NCBI GenBank assembly: GCA_030390025.1
Contig: CM059432.1
Location: forward strand, 32,428,001 to 32,492,000
Direction of reading: 5' to 3'
From: Squalus acanthias
Lineage: Eukaryota
Length of the DNA: 64,000 nt
Positions 36,281-49,589 of this stretch are shown here, piece by piece. A program made the translations under genes and the position numbers. Under the pieces are notes generated by a model, which did no database searches, was not told where the DNA came from, and saw nothing but the letters and a program-made list of their open reading frames with translations. Each line of letters begins with the position of its first letter. Position 1 is the first letter of the stretch.

Positions 36281-38196
36281 TAAGATGAAGCAGAAAAAGA
36301 GCACATATTACAAATGTCAGGTTCAGAATACAAGTGAGAATTAGGCTGAATATGGAAAGTTCAGAGGGGAAGTGAAAAAGAAAATAAGAGGAGCAAAGAG
36401 AGATATGAGAATAGATTGGCAGCTAACATAAAAGGGATTTCAAAAGTCTTCTATAGGCATATAAATAATAAACGGGTAGTAAGAGGAGGGGTGGGGCCGA
36501 TTAGGGACCAAAAAGGGACCTACGCATGGAGGCAGAGGGCATGGCTGAGGTACTAAATGAGTACTTTGCATCTGTCTTCAACAAGGAAGAAGATGCTGCC
36601 AAAGTCATAGTGAAAGTGGAGGTAGTGGAGATACTGGATGAGATAAAAATTGATAAAGAGGAGGTACTAGAAAGGCTGTCTGTACTAAAAGTTACTAAGT
36701 CACCAGGACCGGATGGGATGCATCCTAGGATGTTGAGGGAAGTTAAGGAAGAAATTGCAGAGGCATTGGCCATAATCGTCCAATCCGCCTTAGATATGGG
36801 GGTGGTGCCAGAGGACTGGAGAATTGCAAATGTTACACCCTTGTTTGAAAAGGGTGTAAGGATAAACCCAGCAACTACAGGCCAGTCAGTTTAACCTCGG
36901 TTGTGGGGAAGCTTTTAGAAACGATAATCAGGGACAAAGTTAACAGTCATTTGGACAAGTGTGGACTAATTAAGGAAAGCCAGCACGGATTTGTTAAAGG
37001 CAAATCGTGTTTAACTAACTTGATCGAGTTTTTTGATGAGGTAACAGAGAGGGTTGATGAGGGCAATGCGGTCGACGTGGTGTACATGGACTTCCAAAAG
37101 GCGTTTGATAAAGTGCCACATAATAGACTTGCCAGCAAAGTTGAAGCCCATGGAATAAAAGGGATTGTGGCAGCATGGATACGAAATTGGCTAAGTGACA
37201 GGAAACAGAGAGTAGTGGTGAACGGTTGTTTTTCAGACTGGAGGAAGGTATACAGTGGTGTTACCCAAGGGTTAGTACTAGGACCACTGCTTTTCTTGAT
37301 ATATATTAATGACTTGGGTGTACAGGGCACAATTTCAAAATCTGCAGATGACACAAAACTTGGAAGTATAGTGAACAGTGAGGAAGATAGTGATAGACTT
37401 CAAGAGGACATAGACAGGCCGTAGAATGGGCGGGCACGAGGCAGATTAAATTTAACGCAGAAAAGTGTGAAGTGATACATTTTGGTAGGAAGAATGAGGA
37501 GAAGCAATATAAACTAAAGGGTACAATCCTAAAGTGGCTGCATGAACAGAGAGACCTGGGGGTATATGTGCACAAATCGTTGAAGGTGGCAGGGCAGGTT
37601 GAGAAAGCGGTTAAAAAAGCATACGGGATCCTGGGCTTCATAAATAGAGGCATAGAGTACAAAAGCAAGGAAGTTATGATGAACCTTTATAAAGCACTGG
37701 TTCGGCCTCAACTGGAGTATTGTGTCCAATTCTGTGCACCACACTTTAGGAAGGATGTGAAGGCCTTGGAGAGAGTGCAGAAAAGATTTACAACAATGAT
37801 TCCAGGGATGAGCGACTTCAGTTACGTGGATAGACTAGAGAAGCTGGGGTTGTTCTCCTTAGAGCAGAGAAGGTTGAGAGGAGATTTGATAGAGGTGTTC
37901 AAAATCATGAGGGGTCTATACAGAGTAGATAGAGAGAAACTGTTCCCATTGGCAGAAGGGTCAAGAACCAGAGGACACAGATTTAAGGTGATTGGCAAAA
38001 GAACCAAAGGCGACATGAGAAACAACTTTTTTACGCAGCGAGTGGTTAGGATCTGGAATGCACTGCCTGAAAGGATGGTGGAGGCAGACTCAATCGTGGC
38101 TTTCAAAAGGGAATTGGGTAAGTACCTAAAGGAAAAAGAATTGCAGGGCTACAGGGAAAAGGTAGGGGCGTGGGACGAGCTGAAGTGCTCTTGCAA
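36281..38196 (+). mobile_element. CR1 LINE ORF2 RT
   Basis: ORFs 36526, 36903 and 37472 with SPGPDG, DFQKAFD, ADD and LVRPQLEYC. Confidence 0.95.
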
Positions 38197-38630
38197 AAGA
38201 AAGAAAGACTTGCATTTGTATAGCGCCTTTCACGACCACTTGATGTCTCAAAGCACTTCACAGCCAATGAACTATTTTGGAGTGTAGTCACTGTTGTAAT
38301 GTGGGAAACACGGCAGCCAATTTGCGCACAGCAAGCTCCCACAAACTGCAATGTGATAATGACCAGATAATCTGCTTTTTAGTGATGTTGATTGAGGGAT
38401 AAATATTGACCAGGACACCAGGGATAACTCCCCTGCTCTTCTATGAAATAGTGCCATGGGATCTTTTACATCCACCTGAGAGAGCAGACGGGGCCTCGGT
38501 TTAACATCTCATCCAGAAGACGGCACCTCCGACAGTGCAGCACTGCACTGGAGTGTCAGCCTAGATTTTATGTGCTCAAGTCCCTGGAGTGGGACTTAAA
38601 CCCACAACCTTATGACTTAGAGGTGAGTGT
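38197..38630 (-). mobile_element. DeuSINE
   Basis: Near-identical to 20567-21026, lacking the extreme 5' end. Confidence 0.9.
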
Positions 38631-41600
38631 CAGCAAAGATCAGTGACCGGAGGAGCAGGGTGGAAGGAGGAGCAGGGGGGAGAGGCAAATGACATTGGAG
38701 GGCCGGAGGAGCATGGGGCTGGGGAGGCCTCATGGTGGGGATCGGAGTCCTGGCAGGGGGGGAATAGGAGGCCTGGGGCGGGGGGATCGGAGACCTCATT
38801 GTGGGGATGGGGGGGGGTGTCGGAGGCCTGGGGGGGGAAATCGGAGGCCTGGGGAGGGGGGAATCAGAGGCCTCATGGGGGGGTCTCCGATCATGGGGTG
38901 TGGTTGAGGCAGGGACCCTGGATTCAGGAGGTAAGTGTAAAGGCACTTACCTCTTGGGTCCAGCAGTCCTTGCCTTGCATTAGCTGGTGGGTTTCATGAG
39001 CCCTGTAAAACCTGACTAGCTAAAGTTCAATTCAAAATGTAGATTAAAGCAGTGGCTTCCAGCCTCATTATAATATTTAAATAGACGACCCGCCTCCTGG
39101 CAGCGGATTGGCTGCCCGCCCCTGTCCGCCCCCGTTAAATCCAGAAGTGGGCGGGTTGGAGGCGGATTCAGGTCGGGATTCAGTTTTTTTAACACTTTAT
39201 CTTCCTACACACCCCCAACCCATCTGTTTCTTTAGGTTAAAATTCCCCCCTCTGTGTCTACTCTATCAAAAACTTTCATAATTTTAAAGACCTCTATTAG
39301 GTCACCCCTCAGCCTTCTCTTTTCAAGAGATAAGAGACAAAGCCTGTTCTTCCTTCCCTAATAGGTATAACCTCACATTTCTGGTGCAATCCTTGTAATC
39401 ATTTTTGCAACTTCTCCAGTGCATCTATATCCTTTTTATAACATGCCGACCAGAATTGTATACAGTACTCCAAGTGTGGTCAAACCACGGTTCAATACAG
39501 GTTTAGCATAACTTCTCTACTTTTCACTTCTATCCCTCTAGTGGTTGCTTTGCTTTTTTATGGCCTTATTAACCTGTATTGCTACTTTTAGTGATTTGTG
39601 TATTTGTTCTCTGAAATCCCTTTGTTCCTCTACCCCATTTATATTCTTATTTTCCAAGTAATATGTGACCTCCGTATTTTTCTTACCAAAATGTAATACC
39701 TCACACTTATCTGTGTTGAAATTCACTTGCCAATTATATGCCAATTCTACAAGTTTAATTATGTCTTCTTGTAATTTGTTGCAGTCCTCCTCAGTGTTGA
39801 CTATCTCCGCCCCCCCCCCCTCACAATTTGGTGTCTTCCACAATTTTAGAAATTGTGTTTTTGATTCCAAAGTCTAAATCGTTAATATAAATTGTGATCA
39901 GCAGTGGTCCCAGCACTGATCCTTCTGGGACCCCACTTTACACCTTCTGCCACTCTGAATAGCTACCCTTTACCCCTACTCTCTGCTTTCTGTCATGAAG
40001 CCAGCTAACTATCCATTCTGCTACTTGTCCCCTGACTTCGAATGCACTGACCTTATTCATTAATCTATTATTCCGCATCTTATCGAAGGCCTTTTGGAAA
40101 TCTAGATAAATTACATAAATTACATCTACTGCATTATCCTTGTCTACTCTCTCTGCTACCTCTTCAAAGAATTCAATGAGATTGGTCAAGCAAGACTTTC
40201 CCTTTTGAAATCCATGCTGACTATTCATTATTATATTGTTGGTTAGTAGGGATTCCATTATTTTTTCTACCACCGATGTTAAGCTGACTGGCCTATAGTT
40301 CCTTGGACATGTTCTATCTCCCTTCGTAAATATAGGCATTACGTTAACTATCCGCCAGTCCTCTGGCACTACGCCTTTTATTACAACAGTGACTACACTT
40401 CAAAAGTACTTCATTGGCTATAAAATGCTTTGGGACATCCTGAGGTCATGAAAGATGCTATATAAACATTTACTTCATTCTGTCTTCTAATCATTTCAAT
40501 CTTAGTGATGTCCTGTACAATGGCCCTTGGCCCTTCACCTAGGTTTTTCAATTTTTTAAAAATCGGCATGTACTTAAGAACATAAGAAATAGGAGCAGGA
40601 GTAGACCATTTGGCCCCTCGAGCCTGCTCCGCCATTCAATAAGATCATGGCTGATCTTCTACCTCAACTCCACTTTCCTGCACTATCCCCATATCCCTTG
40701 ATTCCCTTAATATCCAAAAATCTATCGATCTCAGTGTTGAATATACTCAACGACTGAGCCTCCACAGCCCTCTGGGGTAGAGAATTCCAAAGATTCACCA
40801 CCCTCTGAGTGAAGAAATTTCTCCTCATTTCAGTCCTAAATGGCCAACCCCTTATTCTGAGACTGTGACCCCTGGTTCTAGACTCCCCAGCCAGGGGAAA
40901 CACCCTCATTGCATCTACCCTGTCAAGCCCTGTAAGAATTTTGTATGTTTCAATGAACTCACCTCTCATTCTTCTAAACTTTAGAGAATATAGGCCTAGT
41001 CTACTCAATCTCTCCTCATAGGACAATCCCCCCATCCCAGAAATCTGTCTGGTGAACCTCCGTTGCACTCCCTCTGTGGCAAGTTATCCTTCCTTAGGTA
41101 AAGAGACCAAAACTGTACACAGTACTCCAGGTGTGGTCTCACCAGGGCCCCATATAATTGTAGTAAGACATCTTTACTCTTATACTCAAATCCTCTTGTA
41201 ATAAAGGCCAACAAACTATTTGCTTTCCTAATTGCTTGCTGTACCTGCATGTTAACTTTCAGTGATTCGTGTACAAGGACACCCAGGTCCCTCTGAACAC
41301 CAACATCTCTCACCATTTAAAAAATACTCTGCTTTTCTATTTTTCCTACCAAAGTGGATAACTTCACATTTCTCCACATTATATTCCATTTGCCATGTTC
41401 TTGCCCACTCACTCAGCCTGTCTATATCCCCTTGAAGCCTCTTTGCATCCTCCTCACAACTAACATTCCCACCTAGCTTTGTATCATCAGCAAACTTGGA
41501 TATATTATATTTGGTCCCCTCATCCAAATCATTGATCTAGATTGTGAATAGCTGAGGCCCAAGCACTGATCCTTGCGGTACCCCACTAGTTACAGCCTAC

Positions 41601-42277
41601 CAACCCATTTATTCCTACTCTGTTTTCTGTCTGTTAACCAATCCTCAATCCATGCTAGTATATTATCCCCAATCCAATGAGCCCTAATTTTGTTTAATAA
41701 CCTCTTGTGTGGCACCTTATCAAATGCCTTCTGAAAATCCAAATACACCACATCCACTGGTTCCCCCTTATCTATTCTGCTAGTTACAACCTCAAAAAAT
41801 GCTGACAGATTCGTCAAACATGATTTCCCTTTCATAAATCTGTGTTGACTCTGTCCAATCCTATTATTATTTTCTAATTGCCCTGTTACCATGTCCTTAA
41901 TAATAGATTCTAGCATTTTCCCTACTACTGATGTCAGGCTAACTGGTCTGTAGTTCCCCATTTTCTCTCTCCCTCCTTTCTTAAATAGTGGGGTTACATT
42001 TGCTACCTTCCAATCCGCCGTAACCGTTCTAGAATCTATGGAATTTTGGAAGATGACAACCAATGCATCCACTATCTCTATAGCCACCTCATTTAAACCC
42101 CTAGGATGTAGGCCATCAGATCCAAGTGATTTATCGGCTTTCAGTCCCATTCATTTCGCCAGAACTATTTTTTTTACTAATACTAATTTCTTTCAGTTCC
42201 TTATTCTCGCTAGACCCTTGGTTCTCCACTATTTCCGGGAGGTTTTTTTCATCTTCTTCCGTGCAGACAGACACATA

Positions 42278-44316
42278 GGGGGCGATTTCGCCAATGGGGG
42301 CGCGTTGGAGGCAGGACTGCTGCTTGTCGGGTTAATGTCCCGCCTCCATCGATTTGTGGCCAACCCACGCTATTTTCCCTTGATTGACCTTGTTAAGCAC
42401 ACCCAGCGGGCTTAGCAGGCCAATTAAGAGAAAGCCGGTTACAGAGAACGTCAGCGTATGACGTTTCATCTGTCAAAAATTTTTGACAGATGAATTGTCA
42501 TCATTTGACAGCTCTGTGAAGCTGTCAAACACTAACATTCTCTGTAGTTTGATGAGTTCTTGAATTCAAGACCCATCAAACCTCTTTCTTTAGCAGAAAT
42601 TAGATGGTTGTTGCATTGGCTACAGCCATCTGTCATCTCTGCCGCAGAGGTGCGAGATTCTCTGCATACCCAACTCTTGAAGCCTGCAGGAAGAAACAAA
42701 GGTAAATAAACTTTTTCTAACACTTTCCACTTATCTCACATACTCACCTCTCCACACTTGCACCCATCACTTACCTTCACAGCGCACTTTTGCACCCCTC
42801 CGACCCCCGCAGACCCACTGCTTGCCTCGGTGACCCTGGTGTGGTTTCCCAACGTCGGGAAGCCCGCACTTGTGTGGGTAAAATGGGGATAATCCTTTTA
42901 TCTGCCTGTTAACTACCCATTAACAGGCAGTTAAGTGGCTGTAGTCCCCTTCCCGCCTCCAAGGAGATGGGACCTGGCGCGGTGTATTTGGGACCCGGAT
43001 GTGGTGTATTTGGACTTTCAGAAGGCTTTCGATAAGGTCCCGCATAAGAGATTGGCGTGCAAAGTTAAAGAACATGGGATTGGGGGTAAGGTACTGACTT
43101 GGATAGAGAACTGGTTGGCAGACAGGAAGCAAAGAGTTGGAATAAACGGGTCTTTTTCCAAGTGGCAGGCAGTGACTAGTGGGGTACCACAGGGATCGGT
43201 GCTAGGACCCCAGTTATTCATAATATATATTAATGATCTAGACGAGGGAACTAGATGTAATATCTCCAAGTTTTCAGATGACACAAAGCTGGGTGGGCGT
43301 GTGTGCTGTGAGGAGGATGCAGAGAAACTCCAGTATGATTTGGACAGGTTGGGTGATTGGGCAGATGCATGGCAGATGCAGTATAATGTGGATAAATGCG
43401 AGGTTATCCACTTCGGTGGCAAAAACAGGAAGGTAGATTATTATCTGAATGGCAATAGATTGGGAAAAGGGGAAGTGCAATGAGACCTACCTGGGTGTCC
43501 TTGTGCACCAGTCGCTGAAGGTAAGCATGCAGGTGCAGCAGGCGGTTAAGAAGGCAAATGGTATGTTGGCATTCATAGCGAGAGGATTTGAGTACAGGAG
43601 CAAGGATGTCTTGCTGCAGTTGTACAGGGCCTTGGTGAGACCACACCTTGAGTATTGTGTGCAGTTTTGGTCGCCTTATCTGAGGAAGGATGTTCTTGCC
43701 ATGGAGGGAGTGCAGCGAAGATTCACCAGACTGATACCTGGGATGGCAGGAATAACGTATGAAGAGAGATTGGGTCGATTGGGCTTGTATTCAGTAGAGT
43801 TTAGAAGAATGAGAGGGGATCTCATTGAAACTTATAAAATTCTAACAGGACTAGACAGACTAGATGCAGGAAGGATGTTCCCGATGGCGGGTGAGTCCAG
43901 AACCAGAGGGGTAAGCCATTTAGGACTGAGATGAGGAGGAATTTCTTCACCCAGAGAGTGGTGAACCTGTGGAATTCTCTACCACAGAAGACAGTTGAGT
44001 CCAATTCATTAAATATATTCAAGAAGGAGTTAGATATATTTCTTAAGACTAAGGGGATCAAGGGATATGGGGAGAAAGCAGGGACAGGGTACTGAATTTG
44101 GATGATCAGCCATGATTGCATTGAATGGCGGAGCAGGCTCAAGGGCCGAATGGCCTACTTGCTCCTATCTTCTATGTTTCTATGTTTCTATGGGTCAGCT
44201 ACCCGCCTCCTGGCAAGATGGCATGGAGGCGGGTTGGGCATCCGCTCCCAGATTCTGCCATTTTCCCGGCAGTCCCGCCTCCATACCCGCCTCCCTAGGG
44301 CTGGCAAGATCGCGCC
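42278..44316 (+). mobile_element. TIR element related to 46718-47570, with a nested CR1
   Basis: Termini gggggcgatttcgcc / ggcaagatcgcgcc and a shared internal gacagctctgtgaagctgtcaaacact. Confidence 0.75.
42998..44190 (+). mobile_element. CR1 LINE RT 3' half
   Basis: YLDFQKAFD, GVPQGSVLGP and FSDD motifs with a (tctatgtt)n tail. Confidence 0.93.
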
Positions 44317-45760
44317 AAAAGTATTTGTTTATTTTCTCTGCCATTTCCTTATTCCCCATTATAATTTCTCCTGTCTCAGCCTGTAAGGGACCCACATTTA
44401 CTTTCGCTAATCTTTTTCCTTTTTACACACCTATAGAAGCTTATACAGTCTGTTTTATGTCTCTCGCTAGTTTTCTCTCATATTCTATTTTCCCTTTCTT
44501 TATCAGCCTCTTCCTTTAATCTAATACTATTTTTAATTTCTCTTGTTAGCTACGGTTGGACCATTTTTCCCGTGGTGTTTTTATTCCTTAAGGGAATGTA
44601 TATTCATTGCGAATTATGAATTATTCCTTTAAATGTTTGCCATTGCTATTCTACTGTCATATCTTTTAATCTAGTTTCACAACCTACCTTAGCCAACTCA
44701 CTTCTCATATCTATGTAGTTTTCTTTGTTCAGGTTTAGGACCCTACTTTTGGACTTAACTAAATCACTCTCAAACTCAACATAATATTCTATCATATTAT
44801 GATCACTGCCCCCCAGAGTCTCTTTTACTACAAGGTTATTAATTAACCCTGTCTCATTGCACAGTACTAGATCTAAAATGACCAATTCCCTTGTAGGTTC
44901 CTCGACATACTGATTGAGAAAACTATCTTGAATGCATTCCATGAACTCTTCCTCTGCACTATTTCTGCAAATTTGGTTTGTCTAGTCTATATGAAAGTTA
45001 AAATCCCCCATGATTACTCTATTACCCTTGTTACATTCATCTCTAATTTCCTGATTTATAATCTGCCCGACACTACAACCAATTTTAAAGAGTACTCCCA
45101 CTAGCGTTTTCTGCCCTTTGCTGTTTCTTAGCTCCACCAAAACTGATTCTACATTTTGTTTTTCTCAGACAAGATCCTTTCTCTCTACTGTCTTTATTCC
45201 CTCCTTTATTATCAGGGCTACCCCCCCTCCTTTTCCATTCTGCCTGTCTCTTCTAAAAGTCAAATATCCTGGAATATTTAGTTCCCAATCTTGGTCACTC
45301 TGCAATCACATCTTTGTAATGCCTATTAAATCAAACCCATTTATTTATATCTACGCTATTAATTCATCTATGTTGTTGTGAATGCTTCATGCATTCAAAT
45401 ATAGTACCTTTAGCTTTAACTTTTTCTATTTTTCCCTCATGTCACTTTACTCACTAATGCCCTGTTACCTTTATTAATCTTTCTGTCCCTTCCTGACCCA
45501 CTCTGCTTATCTTTACCCAGATCACTACTCTGCTCTACAGCCTTGACATTTCTCTTACTGCTTTTGAATTTACCCTTTCCTTAATCCTCCCACCCCAACC
45601 CCCCCCCTTCATTAGTTTAAAGCCTTATCTACCACCCTAGTTATTCGATTTGCCAGGACACTGGTCCCAGCCCGGTTTGAGTGGAGCCCGTCCCCACGGA
45701 ACAGCTCCCTCTTTCCTCAGTACTGGTGCCAGTGCCCCATGAATTGAAAAAAAAGGGGAG

Positions 45761-45833
45761 TGGAGAATGCGGGCATCAATTCTGCTACCTCTCACATGCT
45801 AAGCGAGCACTCTACCATTTGAGCTAATTCCCC
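45761..45833 (-). tRNA. tRNA-Ala(AGC) retro-pseudogene
   Basis: GGGGAATTAGCTCAAATGGTAGAGTGCTCGCTTAGCATGTGAGAGGTAGCAGAATTGATGCCCGCATTCTCCA matches the vertebrate tRNA-Ala-AGC type. T-arm is mutated, no CCA, followed by CTCCCC and T8. Confidence 0.92.
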
Positions 45834-46665
45834 AGTAGCTTTGTGTACTTTGTGGAGTGTTGCCCCGTTATTTGGTGTGGTTGGTGGCCAAATCTCTATT
45901 ATTGCTATTGAACAATCCGTTAAACCAAATTCCATATTTTAAAAATATTTTGAGTTGCTACAATGGGGTAAATACACTGGTGTGGTACTGAGTGCTACAG
46001 ATGTAGTCTCCAATACTGAGTTAGTCGATCTCAGCTGGAACAATGACAGGAGATGCTATCATTGTCCCCAGCTGAAGTTCTCCCAATGTCCTGGTCAACA
46101 TTTCTCTTTCAACCAACCAGCACTACAATACAGATTCACTGCTCATTCTCATTGCTGCCTGTGGGATCTTGCAGTGTTCATTATTGCTGCTGCATCTGCC
46201 TACTTAACAACAGTTAGTGCACTTCAAAAGTAATCAATTGTGCATTAAGTATCTTAAAAGTTTCTGGGATATATAAATTGTAGCAAATCTACAAGAAATT
46301 CTTTCTCACAATTTGTCTCAGTACCCCAGGCTAAGTAGGGTAGAAATTAGTCAGGAGATCTACTATTGCCCACCAGCCAATGACCCCTTCTGTAAAGTGC
46401 ATTTCTATGGATTTCATGGCCTAGGTTTTTCATTTGAAGTCAGCCCCTAGTCCATAATTAAATGCAATGGGTGAAAAATGTTTTAAGGCACCACTTCACC
46501 AGCTCTCCCTCACCACTTCCGGAATTTTCCACTGTAAGTGACAGGGGACGTACAATATATCTGCCTATATACGTGTGAGTGTATTGAAGTGCGATGAAAA
46601 TGATGGAAATGCATGCTGAATTATGGGTCCGTAAGTATTGACTACCCTCTGGTACTGCTGGACTT

Positions 46666-47915
46666 AGGGTACGGTAGTCTAGTGGTTATATTACTGGACT
46701 ACTAATGCAGAGAATATGGGCTGGATTTTGAATCTGGGGTCGGGTTGGGGTCGGGAATCACACATTCTGGCTTGTGAACACGCCTCCATCGAGATGTGGC
46801 CAACCCATTGTATTTTCCCTTGATTGACCTTGTTGAGCCCGCCCAGTGGGCTCAGCAGGCCAATTAAGGGCCACCCGGCAACAGATGACGTCACAGACTG
46901 ACATTTCATCTGTCAAGAGCTTTTGACAGATGAAATATTAGCGTTTGACAGCTCTGTGAAGCTGTCAAACACTGACAATATGATTTCTAACTTGAGTCCT
47001 TCCTCTCAGGCTGAGTTAGAAATCATTCCAGCACAGAAAACAGAAGGCTGCAGGTTTTGACAGAACCACGGCTTTCCTGCTTTCTGTGCCGGTGAGATTT
47101 CTAACTCCCGAGAACTGAAGGGCTGACACCTGCAGGAGGAAGTTAAGGTAAGTAAAACTTTTTCCAACACTTAGCACTTACCTTACACACTTACCTCTGC
47201 ACACATGCACCCATCACTCACCTGCCCACCGGACATATCGACCCCTCCAACCCCTGCAGACCCACGGCCCGCCCCGATAACTTGGCGTGGTTGCCACCTG
47301 TCGGGAAGCCCACACTTTTCTTTTTAAAATAGGGATTATGCAAAAAACTGCCTGTTAACTACCTGTTAACAGGCAGTTAATTGTCACTAATCCCTTCCCG
47401 CCTCGGGGAGTCGGGTCTCAGAACAGGTCAGGTACCCGCCGCCAGAGAAACTGGCATGGAGGCGGGTTGGAGTTGGGATGGGGTCGGGACCCCCGAATCT
47501 GCAACTTTAACCCCCCCCCGCCCCCTGCCGCCTCCAAACCCGACTCCACGGGTCATTGAAAATTCAGCCCTATGAGTTCAGATCCCACCATGGCAGTTTG
47601 AGAATTTGAATTCAGTTTTTTAAAAGTCTGGAAATAAAAATCTGGTATCAGTAAAAGTGACTATGAAGCTGCGGGATTGTTGTAAAAACCCAAATGGCTC
47701 ACTAATGTCCTATAGGGAAGGAAACCTACCATGTTCTGACCTAATGTTCTCTGGTCTCACGCCAGTGTGGCTGACTCCTAAGTGGCTTAGCAAGGCACTC
47801 AGTTGTGTCAACCGCTCAAGAAGAAGGCCCACGATCACCTTCCCATGGTAATGAGCGGTGGGTAATAAATGCCAGCCATGCCAGCAACGCTTTCATCCCG
47901 AGAATGAATAGAAAG
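46666..47915 (+). mobile_element. tRNA-headed SINE (family of 26790-27950), split by a TIR element
   Basis: A-box tagtctagtgg, B-box gagttcagatcc after the insert, and a LINE-like tail. Confidence 0.75.
46718..47570 (+). mobile_element. Complete non-autonomous Harbinger-type TIR element (853 bp)
   Basis: TIRs gggctggatttt / aaaattcagccc with TAT TSD. Confidence 0.9.
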
Positions 47916-48029
47916 AAATCACCATTGTCCATGTGTGAGACCACACAATGCGTACACAAAGTACACTTTATTCTACATAAGAACATAATAGTCAAGATGC
48001 AGGCCATTCAGCCCACTGATGTTACATAG

Positions 48030-49113
48030 TATTACTTAGTAGTATTACACAGTATTTACAGCATAGAAACAGGGCATTCGGCCTAACAGGTCCATGGCAG
48101 TGTTTATGCGCCACACGAGCCTCCTCCTGCCCTTCTTCATCTAACCCCATCAACATATCCTTCTATTCCTTTCTCCCTCATGTGTTTATCTAGCTTCCAT
48201 TTAAATGCATCTATGCTAGTCATCTCAACTACTCCCTGTGTTAGCAAGTTCCACATTCTCTGGACAATGACGTTTCTCCTGAATTCCCTACTGGATTTAT
48301 TAGTGGCTATCTTATATTTATGGCCCTATGTTCTGGTCTCCCCCGCAAATGGAAACATCTTCTCTACATCTACCCTGTCAAACATAATCTTAAAACCGCT
48401 ATCAGGTCACCCCTCAGTTTTTTCTTTTCTAGAGAAAAGAGCCAGAGCCTGTTCAATCTTTCCTGATAGGTATAACCTCTCAGTTCTGGTATCATTCTAG
48501 TAAATCTTTTTTGCACCTTCTCCAGTGCCGCTATATCCTTTTTATAATATGGAGACCAGAACTGTTCACAGTACTCCAAATGTGGTCTAACCAAGGTTCT
48601 ATACAAGTTTAACATTAGTTCTCTCCTTTTCAATTCTATTACTCTGAAAATGAACCCCATTGTTTTGTTTGCTATTTTTATGGCTTTATTAACCTGCATC
48701 GCCAATTTTAGTGATTTGTGTATCCGTACCAACTCTGCTCCTCTAACCCATTTAGGCACTTATTTTCCAAGGAGTATTTGTCACAGCCCTCCTCTGTATT
48801 AACTACACACCTCCTTTGGTATTGTCTGCAAATTTTGAAATTGTACTTCCGATTCCAGAGTCCAAATCATTTATATAAATGGTGAACAACAGATGTCCCA
48901 GCACTGATCCTTGTGGAACACCACTTCGCACCTTTTGCCAGTCTGAGTAACTACCTTTAACGCCTACTCTCTGTTTTCTGTTTTGTAGCCAGCTTGCTAT
49001 CCATTCTGCTACATGACCCATGACTCCACATCTTCTGACCGTAGTCATGAATCTACTACGTGGTACCTTATCAAAGGCCTTTTGAAAATCCAAATATATT
49101 ACATCTACTGCAT
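48030..49113 (-). mobile_element. CR1 LINE RT 3' half
   Basis: ORFs 48803..49093 and 48370..48759(-). Confidence 0.9.
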
Positions 49114-49589
49114 GTTTATTCCTCTAGTATCCTAACTTTCACGTCATTGCATCGACTGCATTTAAATGCCCCTGGGCAGTATTCCAAACATTTGTCCCTC
49201 TGATTAAAATGGCTGATCCTAAAATCTATATTAACCTTATTTTGAATCTTTTTTTATTATTATTTGTTCTTGGGAAGTGGGTGACACTGGCAAGGCAGTA
49301 TTTATTGCCCATCCCTAGTTGCCCTGAGGGCATTAACAGTCAACCACACATTGCAGGACTGGAGTCACACATAGACCAGCCTAGGTTCCCACGGTGGCAG
49401 CACACAGTTATCAAATTTATTCAATTCAGTTACACAATTTACCATGGTGGTATTGAACTCACAACTTCCAGGCTGCTAATCCACTATCATAACCAATTTT
49501 GTACCCTTGTTCGCTGGTCCGGCATGGGCAGCATCAGAGCCAAGCCTGATCTTGTCCTTAAATTGTATGTTTTGGATTATTTTTCAATA

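Larger units (their letters stand above)
36201..39250. mobile_element. Harbinger-type TIR element with a nested CR1 and SINE
   Basis: TIRs gggctgaattttaa / ttaaaattcccccc with TCT TSD. Confidence 0.8.
35865..40379 (-). mobile_element. CR1 LINE (35865-36200 and 39251-40379)
   Basis: RT ORFs 39938..40369 and 39538..39870(-), 3'UTR at 35865, TSD attaca. Confidence 0.85.
35513..40470 (+). mobile_element. DeuSINE (35513-35864 and 40380-40470) hosting a nested stack
   Basis: SINE sequence resumes after the duplicated attaca (35859-35864 / 40380-40385). Confidence 0.8.
40576..45746 (-). mobile_element. CR1 LINE (end of ORF1 plus ORF2, decayed), capped at its 5' end by a pre-tRNA
   Basis: RT ORFs at 40664-42150(-), endonuclease at 44646-45400(-), and esterase C-terminus FMGHWHQY..DGLHSN near 45650-45745. 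Confidence 0.9.

Noticed and set aside
45761..45833. Functional tRNA-Ala gene
   Set aside because: T-stem and B-box substitutions, and it lies inside the CR1 TSD. Treated as a retrocopy.
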